In this document: positions 50,679 through 62,800 of the stretch, piece after piece
Numbering within the stretch: position 1 is the stretch's first letter
How the letters are laid out: each line of letters opens with the position of its first letter
NCBI GenBank assembly: GCA_963700145.1
Contig: OY969474.1
Location: 4,000,001-4,064,000, forward strand
Length of the DNA: 64,000 nucleotides
From: an uncultured Acidobacteriota bacterium
Lineage (GTDB): Bacteria; Acidobacteriota; Thermoanaerobaculia; Multivoradales; UBA5704
Direction of reading: 5' to 3'
Position numbers and translations under genes: made by a program
The notes under the pieces: model-generated
What the model was told of the DNA's origin: nothing
Database searches by the model: none
The model's input: only the letters and a program-made list of their open reading frames with translations

Positions 50679-51099
50679 AAGTGGCGTCGAGCACGAGCGC
50701 GAAGCGCTTGCCTTTTGTCGAGCGGTAGACCTTGAAGCCGCGGCGGTCGAGCGTCAGCACGTCGAAGACCTCGAGACGCTCAGCCAAGAGGACCAGCGTG
50801 GCGTCGGGATAGTCCATCGGCAGGTCTGCGTACTTCTCCATGCGCCGAGCGGCATCGGCTAGGTCCTCCGCGCCGCTGAAGTCCACGACCTGCAGCTCGC
50901 TGCCGGCGACGAACTCGGCCAGCAGGCCGGGTCCGCGGCGGACCTGAGCGAGAAAGTACATCGACTCGGTGATGACGGCGCTGGTAGTGATCAGCCGTCC
51001 GGTGTACGCGTCGAGCTTGTCCGCAACCCGCTCGTGATCGGGGTCGCGTGGATTGAGGTAGGCGACGAGAGGCCCGGTGTCGAGCAGCCAGACTCTCAA
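50674..51099 (-). CDS. vapC: VapC PIN-domain toxin
   Basis: LLDTGPLVA, VITE, MDYPDA, TLDRRGF. Confidence 0.9.
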   Translation of the reverse strand: MRVWLLDTGPLVAYLNPRDPDHERVADKLDAYTGRLITTSAVITESMYFLAQVRRGPGLLAEFVAGSELQVVDFSGAEDLADAARRMEKYADLPMDYPDATLVLLAERLEVFDVLTLDRRGFKVYRSTKGKRFALVLDATL

Positions 51100-51329
51100 G
51101 GCCGCCAGTTGCGCTTGCGGATCTGCTTTCGCCAGGGGTCGGAGGTGTCGGGGGGGAGCTCGAGCTGTCCGCGCAGGTGCCCGATGCGCGTACCCAAGGG
51201 CCGCTCGGACACCGCGGCCCGCAGGATGTCGCGCGCCACCTCGGAGACGCTCTTGCCCTGCATGGCTGCTCGCTCCTCGAGCGCCTCACGGAGCTCCTCG
51301 TCGGTGCGGATGGTCAGCGTCGTACGCAT
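51096..51329 (-). CDS. RHH antitoxin
   Basis: MRTTLTIRTDEEL...GKSVSEVARDIL; overlaps the toxin start. Confidence 0.85.
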   Translation of the reverse strand: MRTTLTIRTDEELREALEERAAMQGKSVSEVARDILRAAVSERPLGTRIGHLRGQLELPPDTSDPWRKQIRKRNWRP

Positions 51330-51348
51330 GACGACAGTGTACGACAGG

Positions 51349-53037
51349 TCAAGGCACGGCGGTCGGCGAGCGGCGCCGCAGCACCCGCCCGGGGAGCGCC
51401 GCGGTCATCGCCCCGTCGCGCAGGACCGGCGCGCCGTTGACGACGACGTGGCGGACCCCTTCCGAGAAGTGGTGCGGGTCCTCGAAGGTCGCGACGTCGC
51501 GGATGCCCGCCGGGTCGAAGACCACGAGGTCGGCCTTCATCCCCGGCCGCACCACGCCGCGGTCCCAGAGCTTCAAGCGCGAGGCGGCCTGCGAGGTGAC
51601 CCGCCGCACCGCCTCCTCCAGCGTCATCAGCCCCTCGTCGCGGGCGTAGCGGCCGAGGAGGCGCGGGAAGGTGCCGTAGGCGCGCGGGTGGGCGGGCTCC
51701 TGGCGCGCCGCGCCGACGACGGCGCTGGAGTCGGCGCCGAGCGACACCCAGGGCCGGCGCAGCGCGGTGCGCAGGTCGTCCTCGTGCATCGAGAAGTAGA
51801 TCGCTCCCGGCGAGTGCGGGCTCGCCTCGTAGAGCCGGAGGAGCGCCTCGACCGGCTCGACGCCCATCGCCGCCGCCACCTCCGGCAGCCGCCGCCCGCG
51901 GTGCGCCGCCAGCTCCGGCGCCGGGACGCTGGTCACCAGCACCCCCTCGGCACCGCCGACCCGGAGGTAGAAGTTGGAGGTCGGGATCTCGGCCGCGATC
52001 CGCGCGCGCTGCGCCGGGTCGGCCAGCCGCTCGCGGAAGACCTTGTAGCCGCCCTCGAGCGCCCACACCGGCACCAGCGCCGAGAGGCTGGTCGCCGAGG
52101 CGGTGTAGGGGTAGACGTTGGCGGCGACGTCGAGCCCCGCGCGCCGCGCCGCCTCGATCTTCTCGACCACCTCCGGCATCCGCCCCCAGTTCTGCTTGCC
52201 GCTCACCTTGAGGTGCCAGACGTTGACCGGGATCGCCGCCTCGCGGCCGATGCGGAACGCCTCGTCCAGCGCCTCGCCGATCCTGTCCGCCTCGTCGCGC
52301 AGGTGGGTGAAGTAGACGCCGCCGTGCCGCGCCGCGACCCGCGCCAGGCGGACGATCTCCTCGGTCTCGGCGAAGACCGCCGGCACGTAGATGAGCGAGG
52401 TCGAAAGGCCCACCGCGCCGTCGTCCATCGCCTGCTCGACGATCGCCTCCATCGCCGCCATCTCCTCGGGCGTCGGGTCGCGGTCGTCCAGCCCGAGCAC
52501 CATCGAGCGCGGGTTCGAGGCGCCGACGAAGAAGGCGAAGTTGAGGGCCGTGCCGCGCCGCTCGAGGAGCCGCATGAAGTCGCCGAGGGTGCGCCAGGTG
52601 AGGCCGTCGGGGCGGGTGGCGGCCTGCTCGGCGGCCTGGGCCTCCGTGATCGGGCCGGGGGAGAAGCCCTCGCCGGTCGCCTCGGTCGTCACCCCCTGCC
52701 GGACCTTGCCTTCGAGGTGGGGATCGACGAGCGCCGCCTGGTGCGACCAGCCGAGGAGGTCGATGAAGCCGGGGGCGACGGCCTGCCCGGCGGCGTCGAG
52801 GGTGACTGCGGCGGGCACACCGGCGAGGTCGCCGACCGCGACGATCGTGTCGCCGCGCACGCCGACGTCGGCGCGGAACCAGGGGGCGCCGGTGCCGTCG
52901 ACCACCCGGCCGCCCGCGATCTTGAGGTCGAGCTTGACCTCGAGTGGCGGCGCCCCCCGCCGCGGCGCCGTGGCGCACGCGGCGAGGAGCGCGAGGCAGA
53001 AAATGAGGAGGCGCCGCACCTCCAGTAGAACTGTCAT
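51349..53037 (-). CDS. N-acyl-D-amino-acid deacylase family amidohydrolase, likely exported
   Basis: VVDGTG, APGFID, THLRDE, HPRAYGTFPR; lipobox-like LAAC. Confidence 0.88.
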   Translation of the reverse strand: MTVLLEVRRLLIFCLALLAACATAPRRGAPPLEVKLDLKIAGGRVVDGTGAPWFRADVGVRGDTIVAVGDLAGVPAAVTLDAAGQAVAPGFIDLLGWSHQAALVDPHLEGKVRQGVTTEATGEGFSPGPITEAQAAEQAATRPDGLTWRTLGDFMRLLERRGTALNFAFFVGASNPRSMVLGLDDRDPTPEEMAAMEAIVEQAMDDGAVGLSTSLIYVPAVFAETEEIVRLARVAARHGGVYFTHLRDEADRIGEALDEAFRIGREAAIPVNVWHLKVSGKQNWGRMPEVVEKIEAARRAGLDVAANVYPYTASATSLSALVPVWALEGGYKVFRERLADPAQRARIAAEIPTSNFYLRVGGAEGVLVTSVPAPELAAHRGRRLPEVAAAMGVEPVEALLRLYEASPHSPGAIYFSMHEDDLRTALRRPWVSLGADSSAVVGAARQEPAHPRAYGTFPRLLGRYARDEGLMTLEEAVRRVTSQAASRLKLWDRGVVRPGMKADLVVFDPAGIRDVATFEDPHHFSEGVRHVVVNGAPVLRDGAMTAALPGRVLRRRSPTAVP

Positions 53038-53114
53038 CCCGAGCGCAGCGAGGGATCTGGGCGGGGGCGTGCCGGCCCCAACCCCCAGATTCCTCGCTCA
53101 CGCTCGGAATGACA
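53032..53114. repeat. Full REP-like palindromic element
   Basis: TGTCATCCCGAGCGCAGCGAGGGATCTGGG...CCCAGATTCCTCGCTCACGCTCGGAATGACA. Confidence 0.9.
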
Positions 53115-53137
53115 AAACATCTTTTACCCGCCTTCTC

Positions 53138-55855
53138 CTAATACCGCGCGATGGCGGAGAGCACGATCGCCCGCGCCTGCGAGAGGTCGGTCGGCCGGCC
53201 GAAGTTGGCGTTGTTCGGCGCCGCCGCCCGGCCGACGATCAGCCGGTCGTCCACCTGCAGCGCCACCTGCTCGTCGAAGACGTTCTGCACCGCCCCTTCG
53301 AGCTCCAGCTCGAGCGGCCCGAGGTCGAAGGCGTACGAGGTCAGCAGGTTGACGTTGAGCCAGTCCTCCATGCGCCGCGAGCCGGCTGGCTCGAGGTAGC
53401 GGAAGTGCGAGCTCGACGAGACGTTCGCGTCGGGGAGCCCCCGCGCCTCCCAGGCGCCGCCGCTCTGGTAGCGCAGGTAGCTGCCGACCTTCCAGCCCGG
53501 CAGCGCCGGCATCGGCCGGATCGTGGCGAAGACCTTCGCCACGTGCGTGCGGTCGCCGCGCAGGATGCCGTCGCGGTTGTCGCTGATCAGGACACCCGGG
53601 CCGTCGTGGATGAAGGAGGAGTTGAGGAACGGCGAGTCGTTGGGGCTGAAGTCGATGTCCCAGTTGCCCTTCAGCTCGCTCCAGGTGTAGCTCGTATTGA
53701 GCGCCAGGCCCATCCAGCGCTCGCGCGGCGCGTGGTTGACCTGCAGGGTCAGCTCCGAGTACTCGCGGTAGGCGTCGTCGAGCTGCGCGACGCGGAAGGG
53801 GCCGTTGCCCAGGCCGTCGCGCGAGATGTCCTCCATGATGTCGCCGACCTCGCGGTACATCCCCCACGCCTCGAACGACCAGGCGTCGCCGAAGGGGGTG
53901 GCGTAGCCGAGGACGATCTCGTCGGTGTACTGCGGGTCGAGCCCGGCGTCGACGGTCTTGGTCTGCGTGTTGGCGGCGGGGACCTCGGAGACCAGGCCGC
54001 CGGCGGCGTTGAACGTGGCGCGGGTGGTGAAGATGCGGGTCGGCGAGGCGGCGCGCTCCAGCGACTTGTTGTCGGTGTTGTAGTAGCGGCCGAGATTGAA
54101 GAAGACCTTGTCCCCCACCTCCATCCGCGGCACGTAGGAGAAGCCCAGCCGCGGCTGGATCTGCTGGTCCCAGTCGAACTCGAGGATCTTGACCTTCCGC
54201 TTGGTGCCGGGGGTCGAGCCCAGCCCCTCGCCGAAGTACTCGTCGCGGCTGACCAGGAGACCGGCGGTCACGGTGGTGCGGTCGCCGATCGTCACCTGGT
54301 CCTGGAGGAAGATGCCGTAGCCCTTGCCCTCCCCGGTGTGCGGCGGCTGAGTCGAGACGTAGGTGGCGGTGAAGAGCCGGGTCGTCGGGTTCCAGGTGAT
54401 CGTCCCCCAGCCGTTGCCCTGGCGCTCGAGGCGCTCTTCGTCCTCGCTGTAGGTCAAGCCGAAGCGGACGTCGTGCGACTGGCCGAACCACTCCTGGAAG
54501 GTCTGGTACGTGGCCCGGACCTCGTCGCGCTTGAAGTCCTGGTTGTTGATCGCGAGGTCGGCGCCGCCGACGATCTGGCCGACGGCGGTGGCGCCGCCGA
54601 TGATGCGGTCGGCGGTGGTGGTGAAGCGCCCCACCAGGTCGGGGCGGGCGGCGTCGAAGGCCGGCCGGTAGCCCTTGTCGGTGATCGGCTGGGTCGAGTT
54701 CTCCTCCTTGTTGTGGTTGAGCTTGACCTCGAGGAAGCTGTTCGGGGTGGTCAGCCAGGTCCAGGCGCCGGTCGCCAGCACGTAGTCGGTGGAGTCGTTG
54801 CTCCCCGCCGACGGATGGACGAGCGAGGTGATGCCGGCGTTCTCGATCGTCCGCTCGCGCGTGCGGTAGGAGGCGACGAGGACGTGGCTCTGGAGCGGGT
54901 TCGCGCTCAGCTTGCCGAACAGCTCGTCGACCTCGTCGTTGCGGTCCGGCACGCTGCCGAGGTTGTTGACGCGGTCGGTCTCGGTCAGCGTCGGCTGGAT
55001 GAAGGAGCCGTACCACCAGAGGCGGTCGCGCAGGAAGGGCCCGCCCAGGGCGAGCCCGAGGGCCTCGCGGTCCCTCGTGTTCTGCAGCGTCGCGAGTTCG
55101 CTGTCCGCCGTCCAGTCGGCCGGCTGGAACTCGGCGCGCGCCTCCCCCTTGATCTGGTTGGTGCCCGACTTGGTCACGGCGCTGATCACCATGCCGCCGG
55201 TGCGCCCGAACTCGGCGGTGACGCCGCCGCGCTTGATGCTCACCTCGTCGATGTCGAGCTCGGAGACGTCGGGCACGATGTCGCCGTAGTGCGGGTTGGT
55301 GATGTTGATGCCGTCGAGGAGGAACGTGTTGTCCATGCGCGAGCCGCCGGCGTTGGGCGTGGTGTTGCGGTTGTTCTCGGCGACGCCCGGCGCGAGCTGG
55401 AAGAGCCCCTTGTAGGTGCGCGGGATCGGCAGGTCCTCGATCTGCTCGTGGCGGTAGTTGGTCTGGATCTCGGTCGACTTCACGTCGACGACCGGCGCGG
55501 CGGCGGTGACGGTGATGTCCTCGGCCACCGCCGGCGAGAGCGTCAGCTCGACCTGCGTGTCCTTCTCGAGGGCGACGACGACGTCGCGGGTGACGCTGCC
55601 CAGCCCGGACAGCTCCGCCGTCACCTGGTAGAGGCCCGGCAGCAGGCGTTGGAAGCCGAACTTCCCCTCCTCGTCGGTCGCCGTGATGCGGCCGGCGGGG
55701 AGGAGCTCGCCGCGCACCCCGACGGTGACACCGGGGAGGACCGAGCCGTCCGCCGACCGCACGGCGCCGGAGATCGACCCGGTCTCCTGGGCGAACGCCG
55801 GGAGCGCGATGACGCAGAGAGCGAGAAGGACGGGGACGAAGAGCCTGGGACGCAT
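53138..55855 (-). CDS. TonB-dependent receptor with carboxypeptidase-regulatory-like N-domain
   Basis: Signal peptide; LPGVTV; AEFGRTGG...TKSGTN; aromatic C-terminal residue. Confidence 0.9.
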   Translation of the reverse strand: MRPRLFVPVLLALCVIALPAFAQETGSISGAVRSADGSVLPGVTVGVRGELLPAGRITATDEEGKFGFQRLLPGLYQVTAELSGLGSVTRDVVVALEKDTQVELTLSPAVAEDITVTAAAPVVDVKSTEIQTNYRHEQIEDLPIPRTYKGLFQLAPGVAENNRNTTPNAGGSRMDNTFLLDGINITNPHYGDIVPDVSELDIDEVSIKRGGVTAEFGRTGGMVISAVTKSGTNQIKGEARAEFQPADWTADSELATLQNTRDREALGLALGGPFLRDRLWWYGSFIQPTLTETDRVNNLGSVPDRNDEVDELFGKLSANPLQSHVLVASYRTRERTIENAGITSLVHPSAGSNDSTDYVLATGAWTWLTTPNSFLEVKLNHNKEENSTQPITDKGYRPAFDAARPDLVGRFTTTADRIIGGATAVGQIVGGADLAINNQDFKRDEVRATYQTFQEWFGQSHDVRFGLTYSEDEERLERQGNGWGTITWNPTTRLFTATYVSTQPPHTGEGKGYGIFLQDQVTIGDRTTVTAGLLVSRDEYFGEGLGSTPGTKRKVKILEFDWDQQIQPRLGFSYVPRMEVGDKVFFNLGRYYNTDNKSLERAASPTRIFTTRATFNAAGGLVSEVPAANTQTKTVDAGLDPQYTDEIVLGYATPFGDAWSFEAWGMYREVGDIMEDISRDGLGNGPFRVAQLDDAYREYSELTLQVNHAPRERWMGLALNTSYTWSELKGNWDIDFSPNDSPFLNSSFIHDGPGVLISDNRDGILRGDRTHVAKVFATIRPMPALPGWKVGSYLRYQSGGAWEARGLPDANVSSSSHFRYLEPAGSRRMEDWLNVNLLTSYAFDLGPLELELEGAVQNVFDEQVALQVDDRLIVGRAAAPNNANFGRPTDLSQARAIVLSAIARY

Positions 55856-55958
55856 GGCGAGCCTCCTCTCGATTTCGCCCCGGGGAGGCTCCCTCGCGCT
55901 CCCCGGGTTCTTCTAGGGGTGACGGGAGTGTTGCCGCGGCGAGGATAGCATGCGGTCG

Positions 55959-56483
55959 ATGAGCCAGATCCGCGACGAAGTCCTCGCCGCCAACGCCGCC
56001 TACGCCGAGTCCTTCGGCGATCGCGCCGGCCTGCCCGTGCCGCCGGCCCGGCGCTTCGCCATCTTGACCTGCATGGACGCCCGCCTCGACCCGGCCAAGT
56101 TCGCCGGCCTGGCCGAGGGCGACGCGCACGTCGTCCGCAACGCCGGCGGCCGCGCCAGCGACGACGCCATCCGCTCGCTGGTCATCTCCTGCAAGCTCCT
56201 GGGAACCCGCGAGTGGTTCGTCGTCCACCACACCGAGTGCGGCATGGAGACCTTCACCGACGAGGTCGTAGGGCAGCTCCTGGCCGGCGCGTCCGAGGGC
56301 GAGCCCGTCGACTGGCTGGCCATCCGCGACCGCAAGGCGAGCCTGGTCGCCGACGTCCGCCGCCTCCGCGACCACCCCCTGGTTCCCCCCACCATCCAGA
56401 TCTACGGCTTCATCTACGACGTCAAGACCGGCAAGCTCGAAGAGCTCCCCGAAGCCACGGCGGCAGGCCGGGCGGGAGGTTAG
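55959..56483 (+). CDS. Beta-class carbonic anhydrase
   Basis: CMDAR, RNAGG, HTEC zinc ligands. Confidence 0.92.
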   Translation: MSQIRDEVLAANAAYAESFGDRAGLPVPPARRFAILTCMDARLDPAKFAGLAEGDAHVVRNAGGRASDDAIRSLVISCKLLGTREWFVVHHTECGMETFTDEVVGQLLAGASEGEPVDWLAIRDRKASLVADVRRLRDHPLVPPTIQIYGFIYDVKTGKLEELPEATAAGRAGG

Positions 56484-56527
56484 CGGCGCTTAGCGAGCGC
56501 GACCGCGCCGGATATCGCAGTCTGGCC

Positions 56528-56641
56528 TGTCATCCCGAGCGAGAGCGAGGGATCTGGGTGGGGGGCGGTGCGATGAACCTCCAAGTAGAAGGGCTTCGCG
56601 CCACCCTGCCCCCAGATCCCTCGCTCACGCTCGGGATGACA
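56528..56641. repeat. Full REP-like palindromic element
   Basis: TGTCATCCCGAGCGAGAGCGAGGGATCTGGG...CCCAGATCCCTCGCTCACGCTCGGGATGACA between convergent genes. Confidence 0.9.
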
Positions 56642-56673
56642 TCTCATGTTGGTCGAACGAGCGGGGCCAGAAG

Positions 56674-58221
<1,548 letters not shown>

Positions 58222-58272
58222 GGCGGAGGACGCTATCTCGCCGCCCGCGCTCGCGCCAGGCGGCGGAGGCCC

Positions 58273-58602
58273 GGGGAACCTCCCGGCGCGGCCGGAGATC
58301 CTCCGGCGACACCGGAAATGCACCACCGGGCGCCTCGGTGGTGCATCCGAGCCGCTCGGAATGTCTTCCCGCCAGGAGAAATGCACCATCGAAGCGAAAA
58401 GAGGTGCATCCCGGCGCCAGGGAATGTCTTCCGAACGCTCCGGAATGGATTCCCGACGCCTCGGAATGGATTCCCGGGCGTCCGCTGGTGCATTTCTGCT
58501 CTTCGCTGGTGCATTTCTCTGCCTCGGGATCTACCCCGAGCGCTCCGGTGGTGCATTTTCCCCGGAAAGTGGTGCATTTCTCCAGGCGCGGGTCTATCTC
58601 CG
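58273..58602. repeat. Degenerate 21-bp tandem array C (~16 units)
   Basis: Cores GAAATGCACC, GGTGCATTTC, GGAATGGATTCC and GGAATGTCTTCC recur every 20-23 bp (mean ~21). Confidence 0.9.
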
Positions 58603-58685
58603 GCGCCTCCCCGGCTCTCTCCGACCGGCGGGGACTCTTCCCCGACCCTGGATGAAAGCTCCTCCGGTTCCTGTTTCCTCCCTCC

Positions 58686-59855
58686 ATGACCCGCCTGCCC
58701 GCCCTCGCCGCGCTCCTGCTGCCGCTCCTCGCCGCCGCCCCGGCGGCCGCGGCGCGGACCTCGATCCTCCAGGACCCGCTCTTCCGCGACGAGGCGCGCC
58801 AGGGGCTCAACCACATGTACGACATGGAGCTGGGCATCGCCGACGAGGTCTTCGGGCGAATCACCGCGCGCTACCCCGACCACCCGGTCGGGCCGTACCT
58901 GGAAGCCCTCCTCCCCTGGTGGGGCATCCAGCTCGAGCCGGACGACCCGTCGCAGGACCCGCTGGTCCTCGACGCCATGGAGCGGGTGATCGCGCTCTGC
59001 GACCGGCGCCTCGCGGCCGACCCGGAGGACCTCGACGCCCTCTTCTTCAAGTCCGGCGCGCACGCCCTGCGCGGGCGGGTCCACTCCGACCGCGGGCGCT
59101 ACCTGCGGGCGGCGCGCGACGGCCGGCTGGCCCTCCACGCCCTGCACGAGGTCGTGCGGCGCGACCCCGGCAACGACGACCTCTACTTCGGCCTCGGCCT
59201 CTTCCACTACCTGGTCGAGGTGGTGCCGAAGGAGTACAAGGTCCTGCGCCCCTTCGCGCGGCTCTTCCCCAAGGGCGACCGGCAGCAGGGGATCGGCGAG
59301 CTGGAGCGCGCCATGAACGGCGGGCAGTTCGTCTCGGCGGAGGCGGCCTTCTCGCTGCTCCAGATCCACTACCTCTTCGAGAAGGACTACGCGGCGAGCC
59401 TGCGCTACGCGCTCTGGCTGCGCGCCCGCTACCCGGACAACTCGATCTTCCACCTCTACGAGGGGCGGGTTTACGAGCGGCTGGGGCAGCTCGCGCAGGC
59501 GCGGCGGGCGCTCGGCGAGGTGCTCGACCGCCACGCCAAGGGGCAGAGCGGCTACACCGACGCGATGGCCGAGCGCGCGCTCTACCTCCTCGCCCGCGTC
59601 GAGATGCGCCAGAAGCGCAACGTCGAGGCCCTCGCCTACCTTGAGCGGCTGGAAAGCCTCACGGCGTCGCGCCCGATCGTCACCGAGTACAAGGCCCTCG
59701 GCCGCCTGCGCAAAGGCATGGCCCTCGACGCCCTCGGCCGCCGCCAGGACGCCGTCCGCTGCTACCGCGACGTCCTCTCCCTCCGCGGCGACGCCGCCGA
59801 CGGCGACGTCCGCAGCCGGGCGAAGGGGTATCTGAAGAAGCCGTATCTGAGCTAG
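58686..59855 (+). CDS. Secreted TPR-containing protein
   Basis: Signal peptide; helical repeats (DLYFGLGLFHY, ALYLLAR). Confidence 0.8.
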   Translation: MTRLPALAALLLPLLAAAPAAAARTSILQDPLFRDEARQGLNHMYDMELGIADEVFGRITARYPDHPVGPYLEALLPWWGIQLEPDDPSQDPLVLDAMERVIALCDRRLAADPEDLDALFFKSGAHALRGRVHSDRGRYLRAARDGRLALHALHEVVRRDPGNDDLYFGLGLFHYLVEVVPKEYKVLRPFARLFPKGDRQQGIGELERAMNGGQFVSAEAAFSLLQIHYLFEKDYAASLRYALWLRARYPDNSIFHLYEGRVYERLGQLAQARRALGEVLDRHAKGQSGYTDAMAERALYLLARVEMRQKRNVEALAYLERLESLTASRPIVTEYKALGRLRKGMALDALGRRQDAVRCYRDVLSLRGDAADGDVRSRAKGYLKKPYLS

Positions 59856-59868
59856 GGCGCGGGCAGCT

Positions 59869-62800
59869 TCACTCTTCTACTTCAAGCGGCTCCGCAAGTG
59901 CGGGCCACTTCAGGCTCCACAACGGAATACCCCAGACATACCTCTTGCGCTCCGCTAGATTCACTTCATTCTTGGCAAAGATCGCTAGGCGACTACGATC
60001 GGGCGTAACGGCGACGACTTGCACGGCGGACGTGCTCGAAAACCCCCAACTCCATTCGTGGCCGGCGCGGCCTAGATACACGTTTCTGGTGTCTGCACTA
60101 TAAACGTAATCGCCATCCCCCGAGAACCGAACTTCGGCTCCCTCGTAGAGGTGCGCCACCGCCGGGCCAATATCAACGCTTGGTCCAAGTGACCACACGT
60201 GGAGGGCCCCCTTCGGTGCGACGGCAGCAGCCCTGGTTCCCTGTGAGTTGAAGACAAAAGATGGGGAGACTTCGTCAGAGTATTCGTCTGGAAAAAGTGG
60301 TCTATTCAATCCGGGAGGCTTCCATGGCTGCCAAAGATGCAATTTCCCGTCGTTTGCAACTCCGGCCACCCACTCACCATTTGGGCTAAACCAAATTGGG
60401 AAGATCTCAAAACCGTTCCCGGCGACCGCTCCGGCCGCTAACACGCCGACGGACGTAACGCGTGCGCCGATGTCCCAGGTGATGAATGGCTCCGACCACC
60501 TCCGCCCAACGAGCCACCTCGCTCCTGGTGAGAACTGGACAAAGTAGCTGGTGGGTCGCCGCTGAGACTCGGAGGATTGAGCATCCTCCACCAGGGCCGG
60601 CGGTGGGTTGATCGTGAAGCGTTCGGACGTGCCGATCCTCCACACCGATAAGGAGTCAAGAATGGCGACCCCGGCTTCCGGCCTGCGAGAATCGCGTCGC
60701 TTAGCGTCAGTCCACACCATCCATTGATCATCATCGCTAAAGACGGGCCCCGATCTCGGGGACGTCACAGCAACAGGAGTTGCCCGTTGCTGCACATCCG
60801 TGCCCGGCCGAAGTACAAACAGGTTGTAGTCGCCGTCCTTGACAGCTAACCATTTGCCGCGAGGCGAAAAGGTCATACGGGATGGATAGGTCTCGACGAC
60901 CAGTCCCTGTCGTCGCCAATCCACAGGAGCCACACGAATGAGGGGGCGATGTCCCATCGCCGCGCGCTGGGCGGGATTCCACACATAAATTTCACCATTT
61001 GGCATTGCCGCAGACACCCATCGGCCGTCGGGACTGAACTGCAGCAGCAGCTCAGACGTTTCCACCCACCGCGGCAACCCCGACAGCACAGGCGTGGAAT
61101 CTAGAGTCATTGGATCCGCCGTTGGCCACACGTACAGGTTGCCGTCAGCTGTTATGCCCGCCAGATAATCAGCCGTTGGGCTGACCTCAAATCTTTCGCA
61201 CTGCACCCCACTGCGCTTACGCTGCGACCATGGCTCTCCAAGTCTCCAAACGACCATGCCTTGTTCAGGAACAGCGGACACGGCGGTTGCCATTTTAACG
61301 ACCCAATCGGCCCGCGACATCGGATGGATTTCCAAATGGACTCGCAGCTCCGGCGGCAGGAGCACCGAAAGAACCATTAGCACGACGCCCGACACAGCTG
61401 CGGCGGCCCAACGTCGGCGCTTCGAGTGGAGGTGCCAACGATATCTCTCGCTCGCGTCCCACCAGGACTGCCGCGCGGTGTCGAAGAGAAGCGTGTCTCG
61501 GTTGCTCTCAATCAGGCCACGTTGGTGGCGCGTCAAGGCAAGGGCGGATTTGTCCGTCGCATCGCTCTGATAGAGAGCTAGTTTCTGTCCAACCGCCCGC
61601 TGCAGATCGATCAAACTTTGGTCGAGCAGGAGGTTGCCACGGACTGCCTCGTTTCTCACAACATCCGTGACGACTTCGGCCAGTCGGTCGTGTGACAGCG
61701 TGCATAGTCCACTTGTTGTGATGACGAGACGAGTCTCAGGCGACGACAGCCGCGTCAGCAGCGCTTCGCCGTCCGGTCCAAGCATGCTGACCAGCTCGTC
61801 CCGGGGTAGCCCTTCGCTCCGGCGTCCTTCGGCATCAGCGAGCTCGCGCAGCGCCAGCAAGGCGCGGGTTCTGGCCAAGCGGCTGGCGGCCGGATCTCGG
61901 CCCTCAGGGAAGGCACTGCTGAGGGCACGCTCGAGATGATTAGCAAGGGCGTGCTTGATCTCTGCATCGAGATACTCGGCGGGCGGCACCTCAACTGTCA
62001 CCGGTCCGCCGTGGTCGCCTGAGGAGACGCCACCGCCAGCGCGCTGCAACAGATAATTGAGGACCACCTGTAGCTCGGGCACGAGCGGAGCATCAGGTTG
62101 CGCCTGCCTCGCCTGAGCGAACACCGTGGCCAAGCGCTCCGCCCCCTCCTTCGGCATTACGTAGTGGTAGCGCGAACTGCTGCCCTCGACCAGCGACAGC
62201 GGCTGCATGATGGCTTGCAGAAACGCGCGCTTCGAGTGCTCCTCTCCCTGGTCGCCTGGAGCCGGCTTCCCCATGACCGGCAACACCCAATCGTGAGACT
62301 TCTGTGCATCCGACAGGTCGTGCGGCAGCAAAGCAAGCCCCTCGCGACCGAGCGTACGGGCCTGGGCCAGGACATCCTCGAGCCATCCGCGCACTTCGCC
62401 GTGAAACTCGTGGCGGTAGCACAGGACCCACTTAGCAGCGAAACCCTGAATGATCGGCAGCCGCTGGGCTGTCGCCGCGAGCAGTGGACCGATCCGGGCC
62501 AGCACTTGATCGCGGTTCTCCGCGCTCCGCAGCACGTCATCAAACTGGTCAAGCACCAGGACGGCGGGCTTCCCCGAGAGCGCGTGTACGTGGGCAATCC
62601 ATCGAGCAAACTCCGCCGGCAGGTCGGCGTCCCCGTCGTCGATCGCGACGGACTCGGGCAGCTCGAGAAGGTCTCTGAGCAGACGCTGCGCAAGGCCGGC
62701 ATCTCCGGGCGCTCGCTCGACGCTGACGGCGAACCCGTCGGCCCGCAGGCGCGGAGCTAGGCCCGCTAGCAGCAGAGAGCTCTTGCCGGCGCCCGACGGC

